Below are positions 29,562 through 38,699 of a DNA stretch of 56,049 bases, in pieces. The position numbers and the translations under genes are program-made. Under the pieces are notes generated by a model. It was not told the DNA's origin. It did no database searches and saw only the letters and a program-made list of their open reading frames with translations. The first letter of the stretch is position 1, and each line of letters opens with the position of its first letter. Source of the stretch: a virus (Duplodnaviria; Caudoviricetes); the IMG/VR virus record IMGVR_UViG_3300048121_000547, positions 1 through 56,049 of that record; one strand, written 5' to 3'.

Positions 29562-30981
29562 CATCCTCTTTGAGCACCTGTCCGGCAAGATCAATCTTGC
29601 TGCGCAGGGCGTTCAGGACTTTCTCGTCAATGGTATTAGGCGACACCAAGTCGATATAGGTCACAGCATTCTTTTGCCCGATCCGGTGAGCGCGGTCCTC
29701 AGACTGTAGCCTTATCTCAAGATCGTATGAGTTGCTGTAGTAGATTACAGTATTGGCCGCGGTCAGGGTAATTCCGTATCCACCTGTCTTAGGCTGACCA
29801 ACAAAGAACCGCAGGGGATCGTTAACGTCTTGAAAGCGATTAACAATCTCCTGCCGTTCTTCTTGAGGTGTTTCCCCGTAATATAGTGCGACCGAATCGG
29901 GCCCGAAACGGTCGCGCAGGGTCTGGCAAATCTGTTGAATGTCGTGGGTATACGACGCCCAAATGATTGCCTTCCCTGATAGCTCGTCTGTAATGCTGGT
30001 TAGTTCACTCAGACGGTTGTTCTTTAGCGGTTGTATCTTTCCAACGTCGGGCTGGAAGAAACCGCAGCAAATTTGTTGTAAGCGCATGATTTGCGTCAGA
30101 ACGCTTTCTGTAGTTGCAAGCTCCCCATCCAACTGAGCCAACGCTAACTTCTTCATCTGCATGTAAACCTTGGCCTGTTCGTCCGTCAGTTCTACGTTCC
30201 GTCGCGTGTATATTTTATCCGGAAGGTCTAAGCACTCTTCTTTGAGGATGCGGGTAGAGAAGTTAAACAAGCGTTCGTTTAGCTCATCAAGGCGTCTATA
30301 CCCGGTTATTTCCTGAAAACTGCGCGCTCCCATCATACGCTTCTGCACTATAGCGTAACGGTTTTGAAACGCAAAGAAACTATTGTATCCAAGGGCGCGT
30401 TCGTCCAGAAAATTACACTGGCTAAACAAATCCATAGGGCTTTTTGTGACAGGAGAACCCGTAAGGATGCGGCGGTATTTGCTATACTTAGTCAGGACCA
30501 TAAGGTTCTTTGTGCGCTGGGCTTTGCGGTTCTTGATAGTCGTGCTTTCGTCTACAATCACCATGTTGTCAGGGTTCTGTACCAAAAAGCGTCCCGCCAT
30601 CCGCGCACCGCGAGGCGAGGAAAAAGCTTCAACATTAATGACAAATATCTTGAGACCGTCAAAGTCTTCCATAATCATTTCTTCAAGCTCGGCGGCATAC
30701 CTCTTACTAACCGTAGGCTTCCAGCTTAAAACTTTACGGTTGACCGACTCAGATAAATGCAACGGTATCTCGCCAAGTGCCCAGTTGTCGTAAACACCCT
30801 TGGGTGCAACTATCAAAGCCGCGTTAATTTCTCCTTTGTCGTAAAGAATACCCATGTTATCAATGGCTACCTTACTCTTACCAGTTCCCATCTCCATGAA
30901 GTACGCATGAAACTTCGCGGACCACGAGCCTTCAAGAGCTTTACGCTGATGGTCGAACGGTTCTGTTTTGAACTGATACAA
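29542..30981 (-). CDS. SNF2-family (SF2) helicase
   Basis: MEMGTGKS, DES, LTGSP, GGYGITLTAA and QSEDRAHRIGQ motifs; likely TTG start at 30981 with AAGGAG RBS. Confidence 0.92.
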   Translation of the reverse strand: MYQFKTEPFDHQRKALEGSWSAKFHAYFMEMGTGKSKVAIDNMGILYDKGEINAALIVAPKGVYDNWALGEIPLHLSESVNRKVLSWKPTVSKRYAAELEEMIMEDFDGLKIFVINVEAFSSPRGARMAGRFLVQNPDNMVIVDESTTIKNRKAQRTKNLMVLTKYSKYRRILTGSPVTKSPMDLFSQCNFLDERALGYNSFFAFQNRYAIVQKRMMGARSFQEITGYRRLDELNERLFNFSTRILKEECLDLPDKIYTRRNVELTDEQAKVYMQMKKLALAQLDGELATTESVLTQIMRLQQICCGFFQPDVGKIQPLKNNRLSELTSITDELSGKAIIWASYTHDIQQICQTLRDRFGPDSVALYYGETPQEERQEIVNRFQDVNDPLRFFVGQPKTGGYGITLTAANTVIYYSNSYDLEIRLQSEDRAHRIGQKNAVTYIDLVSPNTIDEKVLNALRSKIDLAGQVLKEDVSGWLS

Positions 30982-30993
30982 AGTTTTCTCCTT

Positions 30994-31041
30994 TTGACGC
31001 TTGACTATAGGAATGTATAAGAATATAAGCGTCTTTGTCAA
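30994..31041. promoter_or_regulatory. Overlapping divergent sigma70-like promoters
   Basis: + strand TTGACT(31001)-17-TATAAG(31024); - strand TTGACA at 31036-31041; heptamer boxes TATAGGA 31006 and TATAAGA 31016. Confidence 0.7.
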
Positions 31042-31079
31042 GGCCGTAAAAGGGTCTTTAACAACGAAAGAGAGAAAAC

Positions 31080-31649
31080 ATGAACGATATACTATCAATG
31101 ATGGAATCCGACTTTGAAGATACAGTCGCTAACTCCGTCGAAAAGGGTAACCTTGGTGAGATTTCCACCCTAGCCCGAAAAATCCGACAAGCGCAACAAG
31201 AAGTCGAAGAGATTGAGAAAGACCTCAAATCTCGGAAGAAAGACTTGTTGAAGCTGACTGATGAAGAACTGCCGTCTGCTATGCAGGAGTTGGGCATGTC
31301 TTCGTTTTCATTAGATGACGGTTCTACTGTGGATGTTAAACCTACATATGGAGCCAGCATATTAGTGGCTAACCGCCCTCTTGCTTATGAATGGCTGCGT
31401 GAAAACGGTTACGACGATATTATTAAGAATGTCGTAGCTTGTGAATTTGGTCGTGGAGAAGACGATCAGGCAAGTGCCTTTAAAGCTTTTGCTGCAAAAG
31501 AAGGCTTTCCCGCCGATCAGACCGAAAGTGTTCATTCCGGAACGCTCAAGGCTTTTGTTCGGGAACGTGTCGAAGCCGGGGATGATTTCCCTATGGAATT
31601 GTTTGGGGCCTATGTAGGCCAACGCGCTATAATCAAAGGAGCAAAATAA
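31080..31649 (+). CDS. Conserved replication-module protein
   Basis: 189 aa; coiled coil plus AYEWLRENG..DIIKN and VH..TLKAFVRE motifs. Confidence 0.75.
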   Translation: MNDILSMMESDFEDTVANSVEKGNLGEISTLARKIRQAQQEVEEIEKDLKSRKKDLLKLTDEELPSAMQELGMSSFSLDDGSTVDVKPTYGASILVANRPLAYEWLRENGYDDIIKNVVACEFGRGEDDQASAFKAFAAKEGFPADQTESVHSGTLKAFVRERVEAGDDFPMELFGAYVGQRAIIKGAK

Positions 31650-32431
31650 TGGCGAATGCAGTTGCAAAAACAAAAAAGTCTGACGTAGTACAGTTTGATG
31701 GGGCTATGTTTGAACAGGATGCTGGTCAAGGTAACCAAAACATCAGCAGTGATGATCTGGCGCTGCCGTTTCTCAAGCTTCTAAGCGGCTTGGACTCTGT
31801 TCTGGACACCCATGAGACCGCCCGGAAGGGTGACATCTATAACACCGTCTCAGGAGAGGCTATAAGCGGTAAGGAGGGCCTGTTGGTCATTCCATGCGCC
31901 TATCAGCGTGTATTCATTCAGTGGCTTCCACGGGGCTCAGGATCGGGCGCACCTATGGCTATATACCAGCCTAACGATTCCACTCGCCCTAAAACTGAGC
32001 GTAGCAGCGAAGACAACAAAGAATACGTTGTTGGCGGCGACGGTGATTACATCGAAGAAACTCACCAGCACTATGTTCTGGTAGTCAAAGAAGACGGCTC
32101 AACCGAGACCGCTCTGATTGCGATGAAGTCCACGCAGTTGAAGAAGTCTCGCAAGTGGAACAGCATGATCCAATCGGTCACCATGCAGGGGAAAAACGGT
32201 CCTTTCAACCCGCCGCGCTTCTCTCACATCTACCGTATCAAATCGGTAGCAGAAGAAAACTCTAAGGGTTCTTGGCACGGCTGGGAAATGTCGCGTGAAG
32301 AACCAATCCAAGATGCGAACATTTACGCACAGGCTAAAGCTTTCTCTGAAAGCGTCTTGAGCGGCGATGTAGTGGTAAAGCATGAAAACGATAAAGCTGA
32401 GAACACAAACTCAGACGACATCCCGTTTTAA
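31649..32431 (+). CDS. ssb: Single-stranded DNA-binding protein (probable)
   Basis: 260 aa with acidic C-terminal tail NSDDIPF; precedes primase. Confidence 0.65.
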   Translation: MANAVAKTKKSDVVQFDGAMFEQDAGQGNQNISSDDLALPFLKLLSGLDSVLDTHETARKGDIYNTVSGEAISGKEGLLVIPCAYQRVFIQWLPRGSGSGAPMAIYQPNDSTRPKTERSSEDNKEYVVGGDGDYIEETHQHYVLVVKEDGSTETALIAMKSTQLKKSRKWNSMIQSVTMQGKNGPFNPPRFSHIYRIKSVAEENSKGSWHGWEMSREEPIQDANIYAQAKAFSESVLSGDVVVKHENDKAENTNSDDIPF

Positions 32432-32440
32432 GTTTTACTA

Positions 32441-32462
32441 GGGGGCTGCTACGGCAGTCCCC
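32441..32462 (+). other. Stable cUACGg hairpin between SSB and primase
   Basis: GGGGGCTGC-TACG-GCAGTCCCC with no T-run; probably an mRNA stabiliser or attenuator. Confidence 0.55.
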
Positions 32463-32479
32463 ACCGCAAGGACATCACC

Positions 32480-34018
32480 ATGACAGTTAAAAAGTTCTCG
32501 TCTATCTTTGATGGACTAAAAGAAGCTTACGGCACATATCGCGTAGAAAAAACGCAGTCCAACGGCAAGAATACAGGAAAAGCAGGGATTGTTCGTGAAC
32601 CGCGGAACGCGGGTCTATGGGAGGGCCACCTGTCCGGCAAGGGCAACTCGATTGGCATCATCCCGATTAATGCCGACAACATGTGCAAATGGGGTTGCGT
32701 TGATATCGATCAGTATCCGTTAGACCACAAGCTCCTGTTGGAAAAGATTAGAAAATTAAAGATACCTCTGGTTGTCTGCCGTTCTAAGTCCGGTGGGGCT
32801 CACTGCTTCCTCTTTTCTACAGATTGGGTTGAAGCAAAGGACATGCAGAAATCATTGAAGAGCGTGGCCGCTGCGCTGGGCTACGGTGAGAGCGAGATAT
32901 TTCCAAAGCAGATCAAACTGCACTTGGACCGCGGAGATGTAGGAAACTTTCTAAACCTACCTTATTACAACGCGGAAGAAGGTTTACGCTACGGCATCTT
33001 GGACGACGGCACATCGGCTTCTCTTGAAGAGTTTTTTGAGCTTTACGAAAAGTATGCTCAGACCCCGGAACAGATACAAAAGTTACAGATTACAGAAAGC
33101 GCCGAGGGTACGCCTGTTCGGGACGGCCCGCCGTGCTTGCAGCACCTTGTCAAAGAGAAAATCTCCGAAGGTGGGCGCAATAACGGTCTGTTTAATATCG
33201 GCGTCTATTTGCGCAAAGCGTACCCTGATAGCTGGGAAACAGAAATCCTAACGTACAACATGCAGTACTTAGAGCCGCCCTTGCCCCTGTCAGAAGTGAC
33301 AGTGGTGGCAAAGCAGCTTGATCGCAAGGATTATGCCTACAGGTGCAGCGACGCGCCAATTAACGCGCACTGTAACAAGGAACTCTGTCAAACCCGCAAG
33401 TTTGGCATTGGGAGCGCCGTACAGAACGCTACAGTAGCCAATTTGCGTAAGTATAACTCAACACCCCCGGTTTGGTTTATGGACGTTAACGGCGAGCCTC
33501 TGGAGCTAGACACCGACGCCCTAATGAGCCAGCCCATGTTCCAGAAGGCTTGCATGGAGCAACTAAACTTCATGCCGCGTAGCGTGGCAAAGCAACAGTG
33601 GGAGGGCCGGATCAGCGCCCTGCTTACAGAAATGCGCGAGAACGAAAGCGCCATCATGGAAGTAGCCGTGGACGCCAGCATCAGCGGGCAGTTCTACGAT
33701 TACCTAGAAGAGTTTTGCCGCTTCCTACAGCAAGCACAGGACAAAGAAGAAATCTTGCTTCGCCGCCCTTGGACCGACGAGGACGCAATGGTCACTTACT
33801 TCCGCCTCAAAGACTTTGAGAACTTTCTAAAGAAGAACAAATTCTTTGAGTATAAGTCTCACCGAATTGCTCAACGCCTGCGGGACATCAACGGTGACAG
33901 CACCGTGCTCAAGATCAAAGGTCGAGCCGTCCGCGTCTGGCAGATACCTGCCTACAATGTAGGGGACATGGACATATCTACACCGGACTTTGCGCCAAAA
34001 CATGGGAGCCCGTTTTGA
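32480..34018 (+). CDS. AEP-type DNA primase (prim-pol) with PriCT-like domain
   Basis: WGCVDID, RSKSGGAH, PPC and EGGRNNGLF motifs. Confidence 0.85.
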   Translation: MTVKKFSSIFDGLKEAYGTYRVEKTQSNGKNTGKAGIVREPRNAGLWEGHLSGKGNSIGIIPINADNMCKWGCVDIDQYPLDHKLLLEKIRKLKIPLVVCRSKSGGAHCFLFSTDWVEAKDMQKSLKSVAAALGYGESEIFPKQIKLHLDRGDVGNFLNLPYYNAEEGLRYGILDDGTSASLEEFFELYEKYAQTPEQIQKLQITESAEGTPVRDGPPCLQHLVKEKISEGGRNNGLFNIGVYLRKAYPDSWETEILTYNMQYLEPPLPLSEVTVVAKQLDRKDYAYRCSDAPINAHCNKELCQTRKFGIGSAVQNATVANLRKYNSTPPVWFMDVNGEPLELDTDALMSQPMFQKACMEQLNFMPRSVAKQQWEGRISALLTEMRENESAIMEVAVDASISGQFYDYLEEFCRFLQQAQDKEEILLRRPWTDEDAMVTYFRLKDFENFLKKNKFFEYKSHRIAQRLRDINGDSTVLKIKGRAVRVWQIPAYNVGDMDISTPDFAPKHGSPF

Positions 34019-34212
34019 GTAAGAACGTCTTTAAAGAAATGCGTAACGCCGAAATCGTTCACATGATCGATCAAAGGCACATGACAAAAACAGCAGTGGC
34101 TAAATGGTTCAACATTAGCAAGCAGCGCGTCTGGCAGATTTACCAAAGGGAGAAAGAGAATGTTCAGGATATTCGGCCCACCGGGGACGGGGAAGACAAC
34201 TCGACTTCTTAA
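34015..34212 (+). CDS. Small HTH DNA-binding protein
   Basis: MTKTAVAKWFNISKQRVWQI. Confidence 0.7.
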   Translation: MSKNVFKEMRNAEIVHMIDQRHMTKTAVAKWFNISKQRVWQIYQREKENVQDIRPTGDGEDNSTS

Positions 34213-35680
34213 TATGGTCGATGACGCCCTCCAGAAGGGTGTCGAACCTCGCAGCATTGCTTTCCTAGCCTTTACACGCAAAGCGGCTAATGAGGCCAAA
34301 GAACGCGCGGCTAAACGCTTTAACCTAGACCCAAAGAAAGACCTATTCTACTTTAGAACCCTGCACAGTCTGGCCCTGACCTGTTCCGACATCCGGACAG
34401 AGCAAGTCATGCAGGACGAAAACTACAGAGAACTTTCTGAAAAAATGGGTGTGGAGCTTCAAATCACCCGCTCAAACAGCTTTGACGACGATCTGCCCGA
34501 TATGACCAAAGCCACAGACCCCATCTTGGGCATGATAAACCTTGCCAGAATGCGTAAAGTGTCTCTGCGTGACCAGTACAACTCTATGGATAGCCCGATT
34601 GAGTGGAACATTATAAAGTATGTGGATGAATGCCTGCGCAGCTACAAAGAAAACCTAGAGATGTACGACTTCACAGACATGCTCGAAAGCTTTCCAGAAG
34701 AGGGCTTCCGCTCATGCCCCGCGTTTAAACTCTGCTTTGTAGATGAGGCACAAGACCTTTCCCCTATCCAGTGGGACATTGCTCATATTTTAGATGAAAA
34801 ATCTGACCGTATGTATTGCGCTGGGGACGATGACCAAGCTATCTATAGGTGGGCTGGGGCAGACGTAGATCACTTCATTAACCTCGACGGTGGGTCAGAG
34901 ACCCTGTCTCAGTCCTACCGAATTCCGCTAGAGGTACACCGCCTCGCAGAGCGGGTCGTGGGACGCATAGATAAAAGGTTCCTAAAAGATTACGAACCAA
35001 GAGTAGACAGTCTCGGATCAGTGCGCCGCATCTTTAGTATAGAAGAAATGGACATGTCAGAAGGAACGTGGCTCGTGCTTGCTCAAGCCGGATACCAACT
35101 CCAGCCCGTGGCTACCGAACTAAAGTCCAGCGGATACCTGTACGAATACCGCGGCCATCGGTCCATCTCAGAAAAACTAAGTGACGCCGTGAACGGCTGG
35201 GAGCAACTGCGCAAAGGTAAAGACATCCCCGGCGCAACCGCTAGAAAAATCTACGCATACATGTCAGTCGGGGACCGTATCACCCGAGGGTTTAAGAAAC
35301 TGCCCGGTCTGGAGGACCAAGACATCGTAAACATGCAATCTCTGACCGCGCACCACGGGCTTTTAGCCGACGACAGCATGATCTGGTCTGAGGCGATGAA
35401 CAAAATACCGGACAACGACAGGGCATATGTAACGGCGCTTCTGCGTCGAGGGGAAAGATTTAATGGTGAGCCCAGAATAACGGTCTCTACCATCCACGGG
35501 GCAAAAGGTGGGGAAGCGGACAACGTCGTATTGTTTACCGATTTATCACCCGCAGCCGAGCAACAGATGAATGTTAACTCTGATGACATGCACCGCGTAT
35601 TTTACGTCGGTGTAACTAGAACCAAAGAGAATTTATTCATCGTTGAACCACAAGACTTCACAAGGAGCTATAATCTATGA
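34160..35680 (+). CDS. UvrD/Rep-like SF1 helicase
   Basis: GPPGTGKT, DEAQD, GDDDQAIYRW, TIHGAKGGE and YVGVTR motifs. Confidence 0.92.
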   Translation: MFRIFGPPGTGKTTRLLNMVDDALQKGVEPRSIAFLAFTRKAANEAKERAAKRFNLDPKKDLFYFRTLHSLALTCSDIRTEQVMQDENYRELSEKMGVELQITRSNSFDDDLPDMTKATDPILGMINLARMRKVSLRDQYNSMDSPIEWNIIKYVDECLRSYKENLEMYDFTDMLESFPEEGFRSCPAFKLCFVDEAQDLSPIQWDIAHILDEKSDRMYCAGDDDQAIYRWAGADVDHFINLDGGSETLSQSYRIPLEVHRLAERVVGRIDKRFLKDYEPRVDSLGSVRRIFSIEEMDMSEGTWLVLAQAGYQLQPVATELKSSGYLYEYRGHRSISEKLSDAVNGWEQLRKGKDIPGATARKIYAYMSVGDRITRGFKKLPGLEDQDIVNMQSLTAHHGLLADDSMIWSEAMNKIPDNDRAYVTALLRRGERFNGEPRITVSTIHGAKGGEADNVVLFTDLSPAAEQQMNVNSDDMHRVFYVGVTRTKENLFIVEPQDFTRSYNL

Positions 35681-36006
35681 AACGCGACGAAGTATTAAAC
35701 ACAGCAAAAGAGCTTATCAACGGCCAACGCGCCAAAGATTACGGGGATGCTTACAACAATCATGCTCGAATTGCAGATGGATGGAACATTATAATAAGCG
35801 GAGCTTTAAAAAGCCACGGTTATCTGACCCCGGCCCACGTTACGTTGATGATGGATTGGGTTAAAACAAGCCGTCTGATAGAAACGATAGGCCATGAGGA
35901 TTCGTGGGTGGATAAAGCCGGATACACCGGGCTGGGAGCGGAATTTGTCGAGAGAGACGCGCTACCTGTAGACAAAATTATAAAGAGAATAAAAGATGAA
36001 GCTTAA
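35677..36006 (+). CDS. DUF6378-like protein
   Basis: LINGQRAKDYGD..N..RIA..W..DSWVDKAGY. Confidence 0.7.
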   Translation: MKRDEVLNTAKELINGQRAKDYGDAYNNHARIADGWNIIISGALKSHGYLTPAHVTLMMDWVKTSRLIETIGHEDSWVDKAGYTGLGAEFVERDALPVDKIIKRIKDEA

Positions 36007-37888
36007 AATGGCTACACCATCCCTGAATTCAGAGTGGGTTCCACCCGCAGAACTGCCCGATCTTACAGATGCAAAGACAATTGCTATCGATGTTGAGACC
36101 AGAGACCCAAATATCAAGAAAAACGGCCCCGGTTGGGCTGTGGGTGACGGTGAAGTGGTCGGATATGCCGTCGCAACAGCCGATTGGGCGGGTTATATCC
36201 CTACAAGACACCGCGGCGGAGGTAATTTAGACGAAAAAATCGTCAATAAATGGCTCAAAAAGGTTTTTGAGTGCCCCGCAGACAAAGTTATGCACAACGC
36301 TCAGTATGATGTGGGCTGGATCAAGCGCATGGGCTTCGAAATTAACGGTCGGATCATCGATACAATGGTTGTCGCGTCCCTTTTGGACGAAAATAAGTTT
36401 TCCTATGCACTAAACTCACTAGCTTTCGAGTTTCTAGGTCTTGCAAAGAACGAAAGCCTGCTCAGAGAGGCCGCAAAAGAATTTGGGTTCGATCCAAAGG
36501 CCGATATGTGGAAAATGCCCGCCATGTACGTCGGACCGTATGCCCAAACAGACGCCGAAGTGACCTTACAGCTATGGGATTATCTAAGAGTTGAGGTCGG
36601 AAAGCAAAATCTTTGGAATATTGTCAATCTAGAGTTGGATTTGCTCCCCTGCTTGGTCAATATGACATGGAGAGGCGTCCGCGTTGACATGGACAAGACA
36701 GAAAGAACACGCGACGCGATCCTCAAGCGAGAAAAGACCGTATTAAAAGAAATAAGGGGACTTGTTGGTAATGATGTGGAAATATGGGCGGCAAACTCTG
36801 TGGCGAAAGCCTTTGATAAGTTATCAATACCATATCCAAAGACAGAAAAGGGCGCTCCATCGTTTAAAAAGCAGTTTCTGGCCGAACATCCGGAAAAATT
36901 ACCGCAATTAATCGTTCAAGCCCGAAATCTTAACAAGACCAGCGGAACTTTTATAAATAACATCCTAAAATTCTGTCACGGCGACGGTCGAGTGCATTCG
37001 CACATCAATCAGATCAGAGGGGACGACGGCGGCACGGTCTCTGGCCGCTTTTCGATGAATAACCCCAACCTACAACAAATCCCGGCCCGCGATCCTGAAA
37101 TCGGGCCCCTTATTCGGTCATTGTTCTTGCCAGAAGAGGGCGAACAGTGGGCGTCAATCGATTACTCGCAACAAGAACCGCGCATCTTGGTTCATTATGC
37201 TCATGTATATGGCAAAAGCCGGGGGATCGCGCTCCGCGGGGTTGAAGAGTTTGTTGAGAGCTACAAAAACGATCCAAACATGGATTTTCACACAATGGTC
37301 GCTGAAATGGCAGACATCCCTCGAAAACAGGCCAAAACAATCAATCTGGGCATGATGTATGGCATGGGGGTCGCCAAACTGGCGGACCAGCTAGACATTG
37401 AAGCCAGCGAAGCCAAAGGTCTGGTGAAACAGTACCATGACCGTGTGCCATTCGTAAAAGCGTTGATGAACGGGGTTACAGAGCGCCTGAACAGCAAAGC
37501 CAGTGGCGGCGCAATAAGCTCTATCCTCGGACGCAAGTGCCGTTTTAATCTCTGGGAACCCGATTCGTTCGAAATGACCAAGGCGCTGCCATACCAAGAG
37601 GCTGTCTTGGAATATGGGGACACTTGCCGTCTCAAGCGGGCGTTTACCTACAAAGCTTTGAACAGGCTAATCCAAGCGTCTGCCGCGGATATGACAAAGA
37701 AAGCGATGGTCGATCTGTACAAAGAAGGTCATCTGCCGATGCTACAAGTGCATGACGAGCTTTGTATGTCTGTAAAGACAAAAGAAGAGGCTGAAGGTAT
37801 TGCAAAGATAATGATAAATGCAGTACCATTAGAAATCCCTAGCAAATGTGATGTTGAAGTGGGTCCAAACTGGGGAGAAGCTGTTTAG
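35996..37888 (+). CDS. polA: Family A DNA polymerase with 3'-5' exonuclease (Leu762 type)
   Basis: DVET, HNAQYD, SGRFS..PNLQQIP, DYSQQEPR, KTINLGMMYG and VHDE motifs. Confidence 0.95.
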   Translation: MKLKMATPSLNSEWVPPAELPDLTDAKTIAIDVETRDPNIKKNGPGWAVGDGEVVGYAVATADWAGYIPTRHRGGGNLDEKIVNKWLKKVFECPADKVMHNAQYDVGWIKRMGFEINGRIIDTMVVASLLDENKFSYALNSLAFEFLGLAKNESLLREAAKEFGFDPKADMWKMPAMYVGPYAQTDAEVTLQLWDYLRVEVGKQNLWNIVNLELDLLPCLVNMTWRGVRVDMDKTERTRDAILKREKTVLKEIRGLVGNDVEIWAANSVAKAFDKLSIPYPKTEKGAPSFKKQFLAEHPEKLPQLIVQARNLNKTSGTFINNILKFCHGDGRVHSHINQIRGDDGGTVSGRFSMNNPNLQQIPARDPEIGPLIRSLFLPEEGEQWASIDYSQQEPRILVHYAHVYGKSRGIALRGVEEFVESYKNDPNMDFHTMVAEMADIPRKQAKTINLGMMYGMGVAKLADQLDIEASEAKGLVKQYHDRVPFVKALMNGVTERLNSKASGGAISSILGRKCRFNLWEPDSFEMTKALPYQEAVLEYGDTCRLKRAFTYKALNRLIQASAADMTKKAMVDLYKEGHLPMLQVHDELCMSVKTKEEAEGIAKIMINAVPLEIPSKCDVEVGPNWGEAV

Positions 37889-37931
37889 AGGCTTGGCGTA
37901 CTGCTCGATATACGCCCACCACTTCCAACTG

Positions 37932-37963
37932 CCCTCCTGCCTTAAACGGCAAGAGGGTTTTTT
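37932..37963 (+). terminator. Terminator after polA
   Basis: CCCTCCTGCC-TTAAAC-GGCAAGAGGG-TTTTTT. Confidence 0.8.
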
Positions 37964-38036
37964 ATTTATATAAACATATTTACAGCGCAAGTTATCTGGT
38001 GTATTTGTTAAACCCTATAACCAGAAAGGAAATAAA

Positions 38037-38312
38037 ATGGGCAACTCTTTAAGAGCCGTTATCGTTATTGATTTTGAAGCAAACACCTTCGAAGATGCAA
38101 GCGCACTTGACACGGCGATACGGAAAAAAGCAAAAACCCTTTGTGATGAGCTAGTCGATCCATCCAACACTTCTAAAGATGACTTATGTATTGTAGATCA
38201 TAAAGCTGGCGTTCTTCTTTCAGAAAGACGAGGACCAACGGGTTCAATTCACAAAATTGTTTTTAGAGGCACAAGGGGTAAAAATAAACCAAAATTGCCG
38301 GATTGGTTATAG
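38037..38312 (+). CDS. Hypothetical protein
   Basis: 91 aa, AAAGGA RBS, AT-rich upstream region. Confidence 0.7.
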   Translation: MGNSLRAVIVIDFEANTFEDASALDTAIRKKAKTLCDELVDPSNTSKDDLCIVDHKAGVLLSERRGPTGSIHKIVFRGTRGKNKPKLPDWL

Positions 38313-38326
38313 TAAAAAGGTTTTTC

Positions 38327-38355
38327 TTGCAGGTTCCCATAAACTCCTATATGGT
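38327..38355 (+). promoter_or_regulatory. Promoter of the RHH gene with two heptamer boxes
   Basis: TTGCAG-17-TATGGT; TCCCATA 38335 and TCCTATA 38345. Confidence 0.6.
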
Positions 38356-38382
38356 CGGCCGTGAAGCGACGAGGATTGCCTT

Positions 38383-38559
38383 ATGGATACTACAAAATGG
38401 AAAAGTGTTCTTGTACCAATTGAGGTTTACAAGGAAATTAAACTGGATTCCGCGGCCAACGGGCGTACAATAAGTGGACAGCTTAGAGTTATGTTCGATG
38501 TATATGCTAAAAACCGCGATAAGAACGTTGACACATCCCATAAAGTCGCGTATAAATGA
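38383..38559 (+). CDS. 58-aa ribbon-helix-helix-like regulator, not in the ORF track
   Basis: GAGGA RBS; MDTTKWKSVLVPIEVYKEIKLDSAANGRTISGQLRVMF fits the beta-helix-GxT/S-helix pattern. Confidence 0.7.
   Translation: MDTTKWKSVLVPIEVYKEIKLDSAANGRTISGQLRVMFDVYAKNRDKNVDTSHKVAYK
38528..38556 (+). promoter_or_regulatory. Near-consensus sigma70 promoter of the sRNA
   Basis: TTGACA-17-TATAAA, with TCCCATA 38536 and TCGCGTA 38546. Confidence 0.8.
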
Positions 38560-38562
38560 CTT

Positions 38563-38626
38563 AGACATTCTCCAATGTTTGATAAATGTTAAAACCCTCA
38601 GTTCATGTCCTGACTGAGGGTTTTTT
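38563..38626 (+). ncRNA. Putative anti-RBS small RNA
   Basis: Own promoter; 5' hairpin with CTCC loop; terminator AAAACCCTCAGT/ACTGAGGGTTTT plus T-run; no ORF; seed complementary to early-gene RBSs. Confidence 0.75.
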
Positions 38627-38644
38627 CTTTTCTAGAAATAAAGG

Positions 38645-38673
38645 TTGACTTTATCCCATATCATTTTTATTCT
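38645..38673 (+). promoter_or_regulatory. Early promoter
   Basis: TTGACT-17-TATTCT with TCCCATA 38654. Confidence 0.75.
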
Positions 38674-38699
38674 CTAATTAGTAAAACAGGAGAATGTTA

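Noticed and set aside
35996-37888. DnaJ-domain insertion (HMO-2011-type) or intein in PolA
   Set aside because: No CxxCxGxG repeats or intein motifs; the protein is compact at 630 aa
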